Of a DNA stretch of 64,000 nucleotides, positions 1 to 9,128 are shown one piece after another. Position 1 is the first letter of the stretch, and the number at the start of each line of letters is the position of its first letter. Source of the DNA: an uncultured Bacteroidia bacterium (GTDB taxonomy: Bacteria; Bacteroidota; Bacteroidia; Bacteroidales; F082); contig CACXUM010000017.1 in NCBI GenBank assembly GCA_902770835.1, forward strand, positions 9,055 to 73,054, given 5' to 3'. Below the pieces are notes generated by a model. The model did not search any database. It worked only from the letters and a program-made list of their open reading frames with translations, and was not told the DNA's origin. The position numbers and the translations under genes were made by a program.

Positions 1-1
1 G

Positions 2-1420
2 ATGAACGAAAAACAGGTGACCATCGTCGAGACCACCTTCGACGGTCGCTTGGAGTTGGTCAACAATGAAGGCCTGCTCGATTATTTTTCCTTGATGCGC
101 TTGGCTTTGCAACGCTCGGCCACTGCCCGAGAAGCCATCAAGTGCATGGCCGAACTCGTTGAAGAATACGGCTACAACAGCAGCGGCGAAACCATCACCA
201 TTTGTGACCCCAACGAGGCTTGGATTATGGAAATCATCGGCAAAGGCCCAGGCCGCAAAGGTGCCGTTTGGGTGGCCTTGCGCATCCCCGACGACTGCAT
301 TTGCGCCCATGCCAACCTGAGCAGAATCAGGCAGTTCCCTCAAGAAAAAGGTAGGAGCATCAATAGCAAGCAACTCTCGAAAATTGACAAACCCGAAGTG
401 GAATGTGTCTATGCCTACGATGTAATTTCCTTCGCCCGTGAGAAAGGCTTCTTCAATGGCAAGGACGTAGATTTCTCTTTCCGCGATGCCTACTGCCCCA
501 TCGACTTCGAGAATGTGCGCTACGCCGATGCCCGCGTGTGGAGCTTCTTCCGCCACCATTACAACCACGAGGAGATGGACAAATACTTGCCTTACATCAA
601 CGGCGACTTCGACCAATGCGACCACCTCCCGCTGTGGATTAAGCCCGACAAGCCGCTCACTATGCACGACTTGCAAAACGACATGCGCGATCACTTTGAA
701 GGCACACCTTTGGACATGACCGCCGACATGACCGCTGGTCCGTGGGGAATGCCTATCCGTCCGCTCCCGATGCACTTCAAGGACAGCGACAGCATCCCTT
801 ATTTCCGCGAGCGTCCCATTGCCACGCAACAAAGCGGTTTCACCATGACTTGCCAGATGCGCTCATGGCTGCCCGACGACGTGGGCGGCGTCACTTGGTT
901 CAACTGCGACGATGCCAACATGGTGGCATACGTGCCGCTCTATTGCTGCATCACGCAGGTGCCCGACGCTTTCCGCCCCGAGAACAACCCACGCAACGAG
1001 TTCAGCGACCAGTCTGCCTTCTGGATGAACAATTGGGTGGCCAACATGGTCTATCCGCGCTATTCGATGATGATTGGCGACCTGCGCAAGGCGCAAAGTG
1101 AATTGGAGAACTACTATTTCGCCGACCAAGACAGCGTCCTCGTCGCCATCAAGGACATGACCCCCGCCGACCGGCAGAGTTACCTCAACAAAAAGAGCAT
1201 CGCTTACACCGAGCGCATGATGCAGCGTTGGGACAAGTTGGCGAAATACCTGATTGTCAAATACAACGACCAAGTAGTGAAGCGCGTCGACAAAAACGGC
1301 AATTTCCAGCGTTGGGGATACGAAACGCCCGGCTACGACCAACAATTCATCGATGCCATCGGCAAATCAACTGGGGACCGATATAAATTGAAGGAAGTCA
1401 TTGAGCGGCGGGAGAGGTAG
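2..1420 (+). CDS. Dipeptidase, peptidase family C69 (N-terminus cut by window edge)
   Basis: 472-aa ORF open to the window start. The sequence resembles the C69 dipeptidase body (EAWIMEIIGKGPG, WFNCDDANMVAYVP). The N-terminal Cys nucleophile region is absent. Confidence 0.75.
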   Translation: MNEKQVTIVETTFDGRLELVNNEGLLDYFSLMRLALQRSATAREAIKCMAELVEEYGYNSSGETITICDPNEAWIMEIIGKGPGRKGAVWVALRIPDDCICAHANLSRIRQFPQEKGRSINSKQLSKIDKPEVECVYAYDVISFAREKGFFNGKDVDFSFRDAYCPIDFENVRYADARVWSFFRHHYNHEEMDKYLPYINGDFDQCDHLPLWIKPDKPLTMHDLQNDMRDHFEGTPLDMTADMTAGPWGMPIRPLPMHFKDSDSIPYFRERPIATQQSGFTMTCQMRSWLPDDVGGVTWFNCDDANMVAYVPLYCCITQVPDAFRPENNPRNEFSDQSAFWMNNWVANMVYPRYSMMIGDLRKAQSELENYYFADQDSVLVAIKDMTPADRQSYLNKKSIAYTERMMQRWDKLAKYLIVKYNDQVVKRVDKNGNFQRWGYETPGYDQQFIDAIGKSTGDRYKLKEVIERRER

Positions 1421-1440
1421 GCCTATTACGGTTAATTCTT

Positions 1441-1509
1441 ATTTTCACGCGAATCCACATTAAACAAAAAGTATTTGATATTCAATAACTTCCAATTTTC
1501 ACGCGAATC
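1441..1509. repeat. Perfect 15-bp direct repeat ATTTTCACGCGAATC x2 (1441-1455, 1495-1509)
   Basis: Both copies read directly from the sequence, in the spacer between convergent genes. Confidence 0.9.
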
Positions 1510-1632
1510 TACCATGCCTAAAAGCACCAATAAAAGCGGCGGGGAAATCTAAGTATAACAACCGAACAACTCACAACTCCAAACAACACTCATCTCTAAA
1601 CCAACACAGTCCGCAGACCAAGGGAGTCTTGC

Positions 1633-2376
1633 CTAAAACCCCACAATTATATCAGCAAACTGACTCCATCCCCAAGCGGTTTTATAAGCGTCCACGCTGG
1701 CTTGGGGAACCTTGATTTCTTGAAGACGAGACAAAAGAAAATCCGATTCCACAAACACAATCGACGGAGGTGTGCTGGCTCGACAAGTTAGGGAAGTCAA
1801 AGAGGTACAATCCTCAAATGCATGTGATCCAATCCACTTGATGGAGGCAGGCAAATCAACCGAAGCGAGGTTACCGCATCCATGAAATGCATCATATCCA
1901 AGCTCTTCAAGTGCGTTGGAAAACGTAACGTTACTCAATTCTGTACAACAATAGAAAGCGTAATCGCCAATTTTGGTGATGGTATTGGGCATTACTATGG
2001 AAGTCAGTTTATTACATTTCCAAAATGCCTGACTCTTGATGCCTACTACCGAATAAGTCCGCCCAAGATGCGAGAACTCGGACGGAATAACTTCTTTGCC
2101 GTAATACTGCCTGTTGACCAGCTCGGGGTTGAAGTCCGTTGCATGGGTGACCATGGCCGTATTAGGCGAAACGAGGATGAAATACATCTTCTTCAACTCG
2201 TTTTGATAGCTGGCCTCCACAATCACTTGGCCTTCGCGAACCACTTCCTGTGTGGAAATGATTTTCAGCGGGTCGTTGTCATCTTTTTGGCAAGCAGTCA
2301 AGGAAAAACCCAAAACAAGGACCAGCAAGCCTTTCCGTAAATACTTTGTTTTCATCTTTTTCTTTTTTTTGATCAT
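1633..2376 (-). CDS. BspA-type leucine-rich-repeat (LRR_5) lipoprotein
   Basis: Signal peptide with lipobox (LTAC). Repeated ~23-aa units of the form I..IG..AF..C..L.S match BspA-like LRRs. Confidence 0.8.
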   Translation of the reverse strand: MIKKKKKMKTKYLRKGLLVLVLGFSLTACQKDDNDPLKIISTQEVVREGQVIVEASYQNELKKMYFILVSPNTAMVTHATDFNPELVNRQYYGKEVIPSEFSHLGRTYSVVGIKSQAFWKCNKLTSIVMPNTITKIGDYAFYCCTELSNVTFSNALEELGYDAFHGCGNLASVDLPASIKWIGSHAFEDCTSLTSLTCRASTPPSIVFVESDFLLSRLQEIKVPQASVDAYKTAWGWSQFADIIVGF

Positions 2377-2378
2377 AA

Positions 2379-3338
2379 TTACATCCCAACGATGATGTCC
2401 TTATACAACCGCCAGAAATGGCTTTCCTTGTACAAGTTGACACTTTGTGCCGGAACAAGAATGCGCTCGATGGCATTGTTCAGCATAAAATAGTCCCCGT
2501 AATAATGACCCTCAGGGTCTTTCTCAGGAGGCGTTATCGGGTGGCATATCAATGTGGTCAACGAGGCACAATTGTCAAATGGATTCACGCCAAGATATTT
2601 CACCGAGGCCGGAATTTCAAAACTCGTTAAACCTGTACTTTCAAACGCGCCGTCGCCAATGCAGGTGATGTGGTCATGCAAAGTAACGGATGCCAAAGAA
2701 AAGCACATGGCGAACATGCCAATAGGAATTTTTTCCATTGACTCGGGAATCTTGATGCTTGTTAGACGAGTGGAACAAAAGACATTGTTATCAAAAGTGC
2801 AGGTGGAATTATAGATATCCACAGAAGCCAAGGCGGAGCCAGCAAAAGCGGCGTCACCAATGTATTTCACCGAATTGGGAATGTCAATGGAGGTAAGATG
2901 CACACACTCACTAAAAGCCATGCTGCGGATGGTGTCGATGGTATTGGGCATCTCGACTGAGGACACCAAACTGACAAGTTCGTGATTTTGGACTGAGGCT
3001 TTAAAAGCACCATTACCGATGCATGTCACCTTGTACATCTTGCCGTTGTGGACAAAGCGGTCGGGAACAACAACATCGCCGCGATAAATCCAAGGAAACG
3101 ATTCGCCTTCCTCGGAATAAAACCTGTTATGATTGACCACTTCAGCAGTCGTGTCCGAAAGCAAGTGGAAATACATCTTTGTACTGTCGGAATAAAATAC
3201 TTTGACTGTAGTACCGAAATAGTTCTCGACCTCTTCGGTAGCGATAATTCCCAAGACGTCAGCATCTGTCTTATGACATCCTGCAAAAGTTGCCAATAAA
3301 AGCATCAATACCAATGCGAATAATAATGTCTTTTTCAT
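2379..3338 (-). CDS. BspA-type leucine-rich-repeat (LRR_5) lipoprotein, tandem paralog
   Basis: Lipobox FAGC and the same LRR_5 units (IPNSVKYIGDAAFAG..., IPASVKYLG). Lies 2 nt upstream of its paralog. Confidence 0.8.
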   Translation of the reverse strand: MKKTLLFALVLMLLLATFAGCHKTDADVLGIIATEEVENYFGTTVKVFYSDSTKMYFHLLSDTTAEVVNHNRFYSEEGESFPWIYRGDVVVPDRFVHNGKMYKVTCIGNGAFKASVQNHELVSLVSSVEMPNTIDTIRSMAFSECVHLTSIDIPNSVKYIGDAAFAGSALASVDIYNSTCTFDNNVFCSTRLTSIKIPESMEKIPIGMFAMCFSLASVTLHDHITCIGDGAFESTGLTSFEIPASVKYLGVNPFDNCASLTTLICHPITPPEKDPEGHYYGDYFMLNNAIERILVPAQSVNLYKESHFWRLYKDIIVGM

Positions 3339-3379
3339 TGTTATTTATTTTAATTGGTTTACCTTCTCGGATAATTGGT

Positions 3380-3460
3380 TCATAGTCTTGCGCTTGTGTC
3401 GTTACCCCCTCCCGCCATCAACAGGAGCGCAAGCAGGGTCATAATTCTTCTTGTTTTCAT
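3380..3460 (-). CDS. 26-codon upstream ORF (MKTRRIMTLLALLLMAGGGNDTSARL), signal-peptide-like
   Basis: ATG..TGA read by hand, between the -7 promoter box and the LRR gene. Too short for the ORF track. May be a leader peptide or a gene remnant. Confidence 0.2.
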   Translation of the reverse strand: MKTRRIMTLLALLLMAGGGNDTSARL

Positions 3461-3482
3461 ACTTCAATAGTTTTATTCCTTG

Positions 3483-3490
3483 CAAAAGTA
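3483..3490 (-). promoter_or_regulatory. Bacteroidota -7 promoter box TACTTTTG (LRR lipoprotein operon)
   Basis: CAAAAGTA on the + strand matches TAnnTTTG on the - strand, upstream of the uORF and LRR genes. Confidence 0.5.
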
Positions 3491-3796
3491 CTGATTATTA
3501 TTCAATGTCAAGTCCCTTTTGCCCCGCTCAACCGTTTTGTCCCTACTTTTTTTTCGCAGTCCGTAACCAACTTACTGAAAACGAACACCTAAAAAAAACA
3601 CACCAAATCTTTTGTCCCTATGAAAATCCCAACCCCGCTGGGGTGATCTGACCCTAAATGTAGAACACGCTCGCTATAAGCCTGTTGCGTGGCCTCCAAT
3701 TCAACATCGATATTATTCTTTTTTTGTATGGCAGAAAACCATAAAGTCGTTGCAATTTTTCAGAAATCGTTGCATTTTTCATTTCACCAAAGCGCG

Positions 3797-3828
3797 AAAA
3801 AAGGAGTTACAAATCATTGTAACTCCTT
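3797..3828 (-). terminator. Intrinsic terminator after tRNA-Pro
   Basis: 12-bp stem AAGGAGTTACAA/TTGTAACTCCTT followed by a T-run on the - strand. Confidence 0.7.
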
Positions 3829-3839
3829 GATTTTCACCG

Positions 3840-3914
3840 TCGGGGCAAAAGGATTCGAACCTTCGACCCCCTGCTCCCAAAGCAGGTGCGCTAGCCGGAC
3901 TGCGCCATACCCCG
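3840..3914 (-). tRNA. tRNA-Pro (anticodon TGG)
   Basis: The reverse complement CGGGGTATGGCGCAGTCCGGCTAGCGCACCTGCTTTGGGAGCAGG...GGTTCGAATCC...CCCCGA folds as a cloverleaf with anticodon loop TTTGGGA. Confidence 0.9.
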
Positions 3915-3941
3915 AAAAAAAAGACGATTCTGCATCGTCTT
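3915..3941 (-). terminator. Terminator-like hairpin plus U-run between tRNA-Ser and tRNA-Pro
   Basis: Stem AAGACGAT/ATCGTCTT followed by T8 on the - strand, which abuts the 5' end of tRNA-Pro. Confidence 0.5.
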
Positions 3942-3951
3942 CCTTCTTTCG

Positions 3952-4040
3952 CGGAGAGGGGGGGATTCGAACCCCCGGTATCCCTTGCGGAATACGACAG
4001 TTTAGCAAACTGTTGGTTTCAGCCACTCACCCACCTCTCC
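3952..4040 (-). tRNA. tRNA-Ser (anticodon GCT), long variable arm
   Basis: The reverse complement GGAGAGGTGGGTGAGTGGCTGAAACCAACAGTTTGCTAAACTGT... has a long extra arm and a GGTTCGAATCC T-loop. Confidence 0.9.
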
Positions 4041-4059
4041 AGCGTGTGAATTGCGGGTG

Positions 4060-4067
4060 CAAAAATA
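4060..4067 (-). promoter_or_regulatory. -7 promoter box TATTTTTG for the tRNA-Ser/tRNA-Pro unit
   Basis: CAAAAATA on the + strand, 20 nt upstream of the tRNA-Ser 5' end. Confidence 0.55.
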
Positions 4068-4246
4068 GTGTTTTTTTCATTACCCGCAAGCGTTTTTTGC
4101 TACTTTTTTTCAAACAATGTGATAATCTATTGATTATCAGTCAGATAATTTGTCGTTTTCATGGTCGCTTGGTTTCCTTCAAAAAATGAGTTTGTGCTGA
4201 AAAAACATTTTCCGCCAAAAAATCCTTTTGGTTTTCAAATAATTCC

Positions 4247-4254
4247 TATATTTG
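4247..4254 (+). promoter_or_regulatory. -7 promoter box TATATTTG (DUF349 gene)
   Basis: TAnnTTTG match about 64 nt upstream of the ATG at 4318. Confidence 0.5.
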
Positions 4255-4317
4255 CAGGCTTAATTGTACAACTCGAATCGGGCGAAATGCCCTGATTGTT
4301 CTTAAAAATGTATTGAA

Positions 4318-6303
4318 ATGGAAAACAACGAACAACTGGCTCAAAATCCTTCAACAAACGAAGGCATTGAGAATGAACAGATTACGAAAAAGGCTGCAAA
4401 GAAAGCCATTGACGCGAACGAGAAAAAGAAGATTGTCAAACTCATCCAGCCCAACATCTTGCCCGGCAAGGTGAGAATCGATGTGGCGACCCTTGGTGGC
4501 GAGGAAAAGCCCGAGACAGCTCCCTTGGCCGACGAGGTGATGCCCGACATCGTAGAAGCTCCCGAAATGGATGAAGATGAGGGTGTTGAGGATATTGCCC
4601 TTGACGGTTTGAATAAGCTGCAACTTGTGGAAATGCTCGAAGAACTCGTGCAGGATTCCGACATCCAGAACATCAAGGACAAGGTTGCCGCTATTCGCCT
4701 CCATTTCAATAAGTTGAATAAGGAAGACATGGACAACGAACTCGACCAGTTCCTGCAAGGTGGGGGCGAGGCCGAGAGTTTCCAGCATGTGGAAGACCCC
4801 ATCGAACAGCGTTTCAACGCGGCTTTCGGCATCTTCAAGGCCAATCGCGCCAAGCAGAACGAAGACCTCGAAAAGCAAAAGGTGGAGAACCTTTCGAAGA
4901 AGCAGGCCATCCTTGACGAACTGAAGGAAATCATCGCTTCGGACGAGTCGCTGAAAAAGACCTACGACGACTTCCACGCCCTGCAAGACCGCTGGAAGGA
5001 AATCGGGCCTGTGCCGGCTGCCGAAAACTCCAACCTTTGGAACAACTATCACTTCCTCGTGGAGAAATTCTTTGATAAGGTGCGCATCGGACGCGAGCTC
5101 CGCGACCTCGACATGAAGAAGAACCTCGATTCGAAGATTGAACTGTGCGAGAAGGCCGAGGAACTGTTGGACGAGAAGTCTATCACCAAGGCTTTCAAGG
5201 CTTTGCAGAAATTGCATGAGGATTGGAAGGAAGTCGGTCCCGTGCCGCAAGACAAAAAAGACGAAATTTGGGAACGCTTCAAGGCCGCTACCGATAAAAT
5301 CAACCAAATCCGCCGCGAGCATTATTCCAAGATAGAGGAGGAGCAAACCTCCAACCTCGAAACCAAAAAGGCTTTGTGCGACAAGGCTGAGGAACTCATC
5401 GCCGAGGACTATCAGAGCGTGAACGCATGGCAGAAGAAGTCGACCGAATTGGCCGAGATTTTCGGCATTTGGAAGACCGTTGGCCCCGCCAGCAAGAAAG
5501 ACAACGAGGAGATTTGGCAGCGTTTCCGTGGCACGATGGACACCTTCTTCGCCAAGAAAAAGGCCTTCTTTGCCGGCCTGAAAGACAGGCAGACGGAAAA
5601 CCTTGAGCGCAAAACCCAACTTTGCATCGAGGCCGAAGCCCTGATGGATTCTTCTGAATGGAAGACCGTCACCGAGCAGATGAAGAAACTGCAAGAGGAA
5701 TGGAAGACCATCGGTCCTGTGCCGAAGCGCCACACCGACAAGATTTGGAAGCGTTTCCGCGCCGCCTGCGACACCTTCTTCAACCGCAAGAACGAGCATT
5801 TCAGCGGTCGCCGCACCGAAGAGGACGCCAACCTTGCCGCCAAGAAAGCATTGATTGAGGAAATCAAGGCGTTCCAGCTCACCCCGAGCCGTAACGAGAA
5901 CATGGAGGCCATCAAGACGTTCCAGAAGCGCTGGATCGAAATCGGGTATGTGCCGATGAAGCACAAGGATGCTATTAATAAGGAGTACCGCGAACTCATC
6001 GACGGCCTCTTCGACATGATGCGCAAGAACCAGAACGAGGCTTCGACCAACGAGTTCCGTGAGATGATGGAGGGCTGGAAGGACGACCCGAGCGCCAACG
6101 ACAAGGTGCGCCGCGAGCGCCTTACGCTCCAGAACCGCATCCAGAAACTCCGCGACGAAATCGCAGCGATGGAAAACAACATCGGTTTCTTCTCCAACAG
6201 CAAGAACTCCGAACTGATGCGTGCCGAATACGAGAAGAAAATCAACAAGGCCAAGGAAGACCTGAAAGTGCTTGAGGCCAAGTTGAAGATTGCAGAAGAG
6301 TAA
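4318..6303 (+). CDS. DUF349 repeat protein
   Basis: About six repeats of the DUF349 signature (W(K/E)xxGPVP....iWxrF....FF). The protein is charged and coiled-coil-like. Confidence 0.85.
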   Translation: MENNEQLAQNPSTNEGIENEQITKKAAKKAIDANEKKKIVKLIQPNILPGKVRIDVATLGGEEKPETAPLADEVMPDIVEAPEMDEDEGVEDIALDGLNKLQLVEMLEELVQDSDIQNIKDKVAAIRLHFNKLNKEDMDNELDQFLQGGGEAESFQHVEDPIEQRFNAAFGIFKANRAKQNEDLEKQKVENLSKKQAILDELKEIIASDESLKKTYDDFHALQDRWKEIGPVPAAENSNLWNNYHFLVEKFFDKVRIGRELRDLDMKKNLDSKIELCEKAEELLDEKSITKAFKALQKLHEDWKEVGPVPQDKKDEIWERFKAATDKINQIRREHYSKIEEEQTSNLETKKALCDKAEELIAEDYQSVNAWQKKSTELAEIFGIWKTVGPASKKDNEEIWQRFRGTMDTFFAKKKAFFAGLKDRQTENLERKTQLCIEAEALMDSSEWKTVTEQMKKLQEEWKTIGPVPKRHTDKIWKRFRAACDTFFNRKNEHFSGRRTEEDANLAAKKALIEEIKAFQLTPSRNENMEAIKTFQKRWIEIGYVPMKHKDAINKEYRELIDGLFDMMRKNQNEASTNEFREMMEGWKDDPSANDKVRRERLTLQNRIQKLRDEIAAMENNIGFFSNSKNSELMRAEYEKKINKAKEDLKVLEAKLKIAEE

Positions 6304-6323
6304 GAGTTGTGCGATGAACATAA

Positions 6324-6357
6324 AGCGAGGCAGGAATTTTCTTGCCTCGCTTTTTTC
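6324..6357 (+). terminator. Intrinsic terminator after the DUF349 gene
   Basis: Stem GCGAGGCA/TGCCTCGC followed by T6. Confidence 0.75.
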
Positions 6358-6385
6358 GTTTGTAGCATTTGGTATTTTGAAGCCG

Positions 6386-7138
6386 CTATCTGGTCATCAA
6401 AGCATCAATCGCGGGCAGAATCTCACCCGACTTGCCTTCAAGGTAGATGTCCGTGATGTAGTTCGTATAGGTCGAAGGCTCCATGTTGATTTCGATGATC
6501 TTGGCGCCGTTGCGCTTGGCGATGCCAGGAATCATGTTGGCCGGACTGACTTGTCCCGAAGTGCCGATGATGACGAAGGCGTCGCAGTTTTCGGCAGCGC
6601 GCACCGAGCCATAATAAGCGTCTTCAGGGATGCCCTCGCCGAAGAAAATAAAGTCGGGTTTCATCAGGCCGCCGCATTGGGCGCAACGGGGCGGTTCCTC
6701 GGTGAGTGTCAGGCTTTTGGCATCGACCTTGTGGCCGCATTTGGTGCACACGAAACGCGACATGTTGCCGTGGAACTCATACACCACGCTGTTGCCCGCC
6801 ACGGTGTGCAGGTCGTCGATGTTCTGCGTGATGACGCTGCTCAAACGGCCTTCCTTCTCCCATTTTGCCAGGACAAGATGTCCAGGGTTAGGTTTGATGT
6901 CCTTGTTGCTGAAAAAGTTATAGAACACCTCGCGGATGATCTTCCACGATTCCTTGGTGTGACGATAGTAGAAGTCGATGTCGAGTGAGTTGGGGTCGTA
7001 CTGGTTCCAGATGCCGCCCTCGCCACGGAAAGGCGGGATGCCGCTCTCTGCGGAAGTGCCGGCGCCGGTGAAGCCCACGATGTTCTTCGCCTTGGAGAGG
7101 ATTTCGGCGGCTTGCTTGATTTTTTCTTCGTTATTCAT
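6386..7138 (-). CDS. cobB: NAD-dependent protein deacylase, Sir2/CobB family
   Basis: GAGTSAESGIPPFRG NAD-binding motif, a CxxC...CxxC zinc ribbon (CTKCGH...CAQCGG), and a length of 250 aa. Confidence 0.85.
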   Translation of the reverse strand: MNNEEKIKQAAEILSKAKNIVGFTGAGTSAESGIPPFRGEGGIWNQYDPNSLDIDFYYRHTKESWKIIREVFYNFFSNKDIKPNPGHLVLAKWEKEGRLSSVITQNIDDLHTVAGNSVVYEFHGNMSRFVCTKCGHKVDAKSLTLTEEPPRCAQCGGLMKPDFIFFGEGIPEDAYYGSVRAAENCDAFVIIGTSGQVSPANMIPGIAKRNGAKIIEINMEPSTYTNYITDIYLEGKSGEILPAIDALMTR

Positions 7139-7156
7139 AACAGTTGTGTTTTTTTA

Positions 7157-7294
7157 TCACAAAACTTGCAAAACCCGACAAAACCTTTTTTCTTGGTTGA
7201 GGAAAGCCTGCCAACCGGCGGCTTTCCGGCGGCGATGCGGTTGCGCAGCCGCCCACGCCAAAGGATGGTTTTGTATGTTTTGTCGGTTTTGTGA
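7157..7294. repeat. Long-range imperfect inverted repeat enclosing two GC-rich hairpins
   Basis: Left arm 7157-7185 (TCACAAAAC..CAAAAC..CAAAACC) pairs with right arm 7267-7294 (GGTTTTG..GTTTTG..GTTTTGTGA), about 22 bp in total. Inner hairpins are GGAAAGCC/GGCTTTCC and GGCGGC/GCCGCC. Confidence 0.6.
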
Positions 7295-7372
7295 CATGAT
7301 TTGACATGTTTACTATTTAGGCGCAAAGTTAGTGAAAAAAGATTGATTTGATGAAAGAAGGATGAAAATGTG

Positions 7373-7380
7373 TATTTTTG
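7373..7380 (+). promoter_or_regulatory. -7 promoter box TATTTTTG (ATPase gene)
   Basis: TAnnTTTG match 28 nt upstream of the ATG at 7408. Confidence 0.5.
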
Positions 7381-7407
7381 CAAGGTCAAGATAAAAACGG
7401 AGTCAGT

Positions 7408-8964
7408 ATGAGGAAAGAATTCAATGTCACAGGAAGTTGCAATCCGCAAAGACATTATATGGTTGATACGGAGAAACGCTTCAAAGCCGTTGAAAACCTG
7501 ATTGATAGAGGGAATTATTTCACCATCAACCGAGCACGGCAGTATGGGAAGACGACCATGCTGAACAAGATTTGGTTTAGATTATCGGACAAATATTTGG
7601 TCATCCCACTGAGTTTTGAAGGTTTGGGAGACGAGGCCTTTGCTAGTCCTGCGACTTTTGTCACAACATTCAAAAGGCAAATGGCGAGGCATCTTGTTTC
7701 ACTCCGTCAAAACGAGGCATTGATAGGGATTTGGCAAAACGGCAATGCTTCATCAATAGATGATTTGTCAGAGATTGTCACGGATTTTTGCAGAGCTTGT
7801 CCAAAACCCGTTGTGGTCACCATCGACGAAGTGGACAAGAGTAGCGACAATCAGTTGTTCATGAATTTTTTGGGCATGTTGCGCAACAAATACTTGGAAC
7901 GTGATAAAGAGGGCATGAACTATACTTTCCACAGCATCGTTCTCGCAGGCGTTTACGACATCAAGAACCTCAAACTGAGACTTCGTCCCGACGCTGAAAA
8001 GAAATACAATTCGCCTTGGAACATTGCCGCCGATTTCAACGTGGATATGACTTTCCATCCTGAGGAAATCGCCCAGATGCTCAATGATTACGAGAACGAT
8101 GTGCATTCGGGTATGGACATTAAGGCCATCAGCGAGGAGATCTACAAATACACAACGGGCTATCCTTATTTGGTGAGTGCGATTTGTAAGATTATCGATG
8201 AACGCTTGGAAGCGAAATGGACGCTTGACAACGTGCAGCAAGCCGTGAAAATCATCGCGATAGGCGAAAATGTCACCCTTATTGACGACCTCTCAAAGAA
8301 CATCGAGAACAACATTGAACTGAGAGATTTCCTCTTTTCCATCGTGGTCAACGGAGCGGAATACTCTTTTACAATGGTGGACCCCATTGTCAAACTGGCC
8401 AATATGTTCTCCTATATCCGCAAGAACCAACGTGGCAAGACAATAATCCACAACCTGATTTTCGAAGAGGCCTTGTTTATGTATTTCGGCAATAAGACCA
8501 TGCGCGAACAGGGGACAAAAATCTCTCCGTATGTGCTGAATTATGTTCAAAATGGCAAACTCAATATGGAGCACGTGGTCACCCGTTTCCGTGACCTTAT
8601 GCACGAGGAGTACCGCGAAAGCACCGAGCCTTTCCTCGAAAAGGAAGGCCGTCTGCTGTTTCTCACCTTCCTCAAACCCATCATCAACGGGATCGGGTTC
8701 TACTACGTGGAGCCGCAGACCCGCGACAACCGCCGCATGGACTTGGTGGTGACCTACGACAAGCAGGAGTATATCGTGGAATTGAAGATTTGGCATGGCG
8801 ACAAATACGAGGAACTTGGCCGCGACCAACTTTCAGGCTATCTCGCCACTCGCGGTATGGATGAAGGTTATTTGGTCACCTTCGACTTCTCGAAAAACAA
8901 ACAAGAAGCAGAACCTCAATGGATTGAGTGGAACGGAAAGCGGATTTTTGAGGTGATTGTTTGA
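7408..8964 (+). CDS. AAA-ATPase_like / PD-(D/E)XK (PDDEXK_9-type) fusion protein
   Basis: N-terminal NPQRHYMV and Walker-A-like RQYGKTT, with a C-terminal RMDLVV...YIVELKIW nuclease-like D..ExK motif. Start is placed at the first ATG after the promoter box. Confidence 0.7.
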   Translation: MRKEFNVTGSCNPQRHYMVDTEKRFKAVENLIDRGNYFTINRARQYGKTTMLNKIWFRLSDKYLVIPLSFEGLGDEAFASPATFVTTFKRQMARHLVSLRQNEALIGIWQNGNASSIDDLSEIVTDFCRACPKPVVVTIDEVDKSSDNQLFMNFLGMLRNKYLERDKEGMNYTFHSIVLAGVYDIKNLKLRLRPDAEKKYNSPWNIAADFNVDMTFHPEEIAQMLNDYENDVHSGMDIKAISEEIYKYTTGYPYLVSAICKIIDERLEAKWTLDNVQQAVKIIAIGENVTLIDDLSKNIENNIELRDFLFSIVVNGAEYSFTMVDPIVKLANMFSYIRKNQRGKTIIHNLIFEEALFMYFGNKTMREQGTKISPYVLNYVQNGKLNMEHVVTRFRDLMHEEYRESTEPFLEKEGRLLFLTFLKPIINGIGFYYVEPQTRDNRRMDLVVTYDKQEYIVELKIWHGDKYEELGRDQLSGYLATRGMDEGYLVTFDFSKNKQEAEPQWIEWNGKRIFEVIV

Positions 8965-9080
8965 CGAAATAGTTGAACGCCAAACAGACTGCACAGGGAG
9001 AAGGGGAATTGCTGTTGGATGGTGATAGGGTATGAAAAACTGAAGGATAGAAGAAAAAGATAAAGATAAATAGAAGATAC

Positions 9081-9117
9081 GAAAATAAAACGATGGAGAG
9101 TCACCCCTCCATCGTTT
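9081..9117 (-). terminator. Hairpin terminator after the small minus-strand ORF
   Basis: 11-bp stem AAACGATGGAG/CTCCATCGTTT followed by TATTTTC on the - strand. Confidence 0.4.
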
Positions 9118-9128
9118 AGCATTGCAAA

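Noticed and set aside
4351-6321. 656-aa minus-strand ORF, plus other long antisense ORFs at 5412-6368 and 4341-4934, overlapping the DUF349 gene
   Set aside because: These are shadow ORFs opposite a repeat-rich, clearly recognisable gene. Their sequences are low-complexity (L/V/F/G-rich), with no motif, promoter box or family resemblance.
6386-7138. Sir2-domain protein as a possible antiphage effector (Thoeris/DSR/SIR2-HerA-like)
   Set aside because: It is a compact 250-aa CobB-type sirtuin with a zinc ribbon and no fused or adjacent sensor, helicase or TIR partner. A housekeeping deacylase is the simpler reading.
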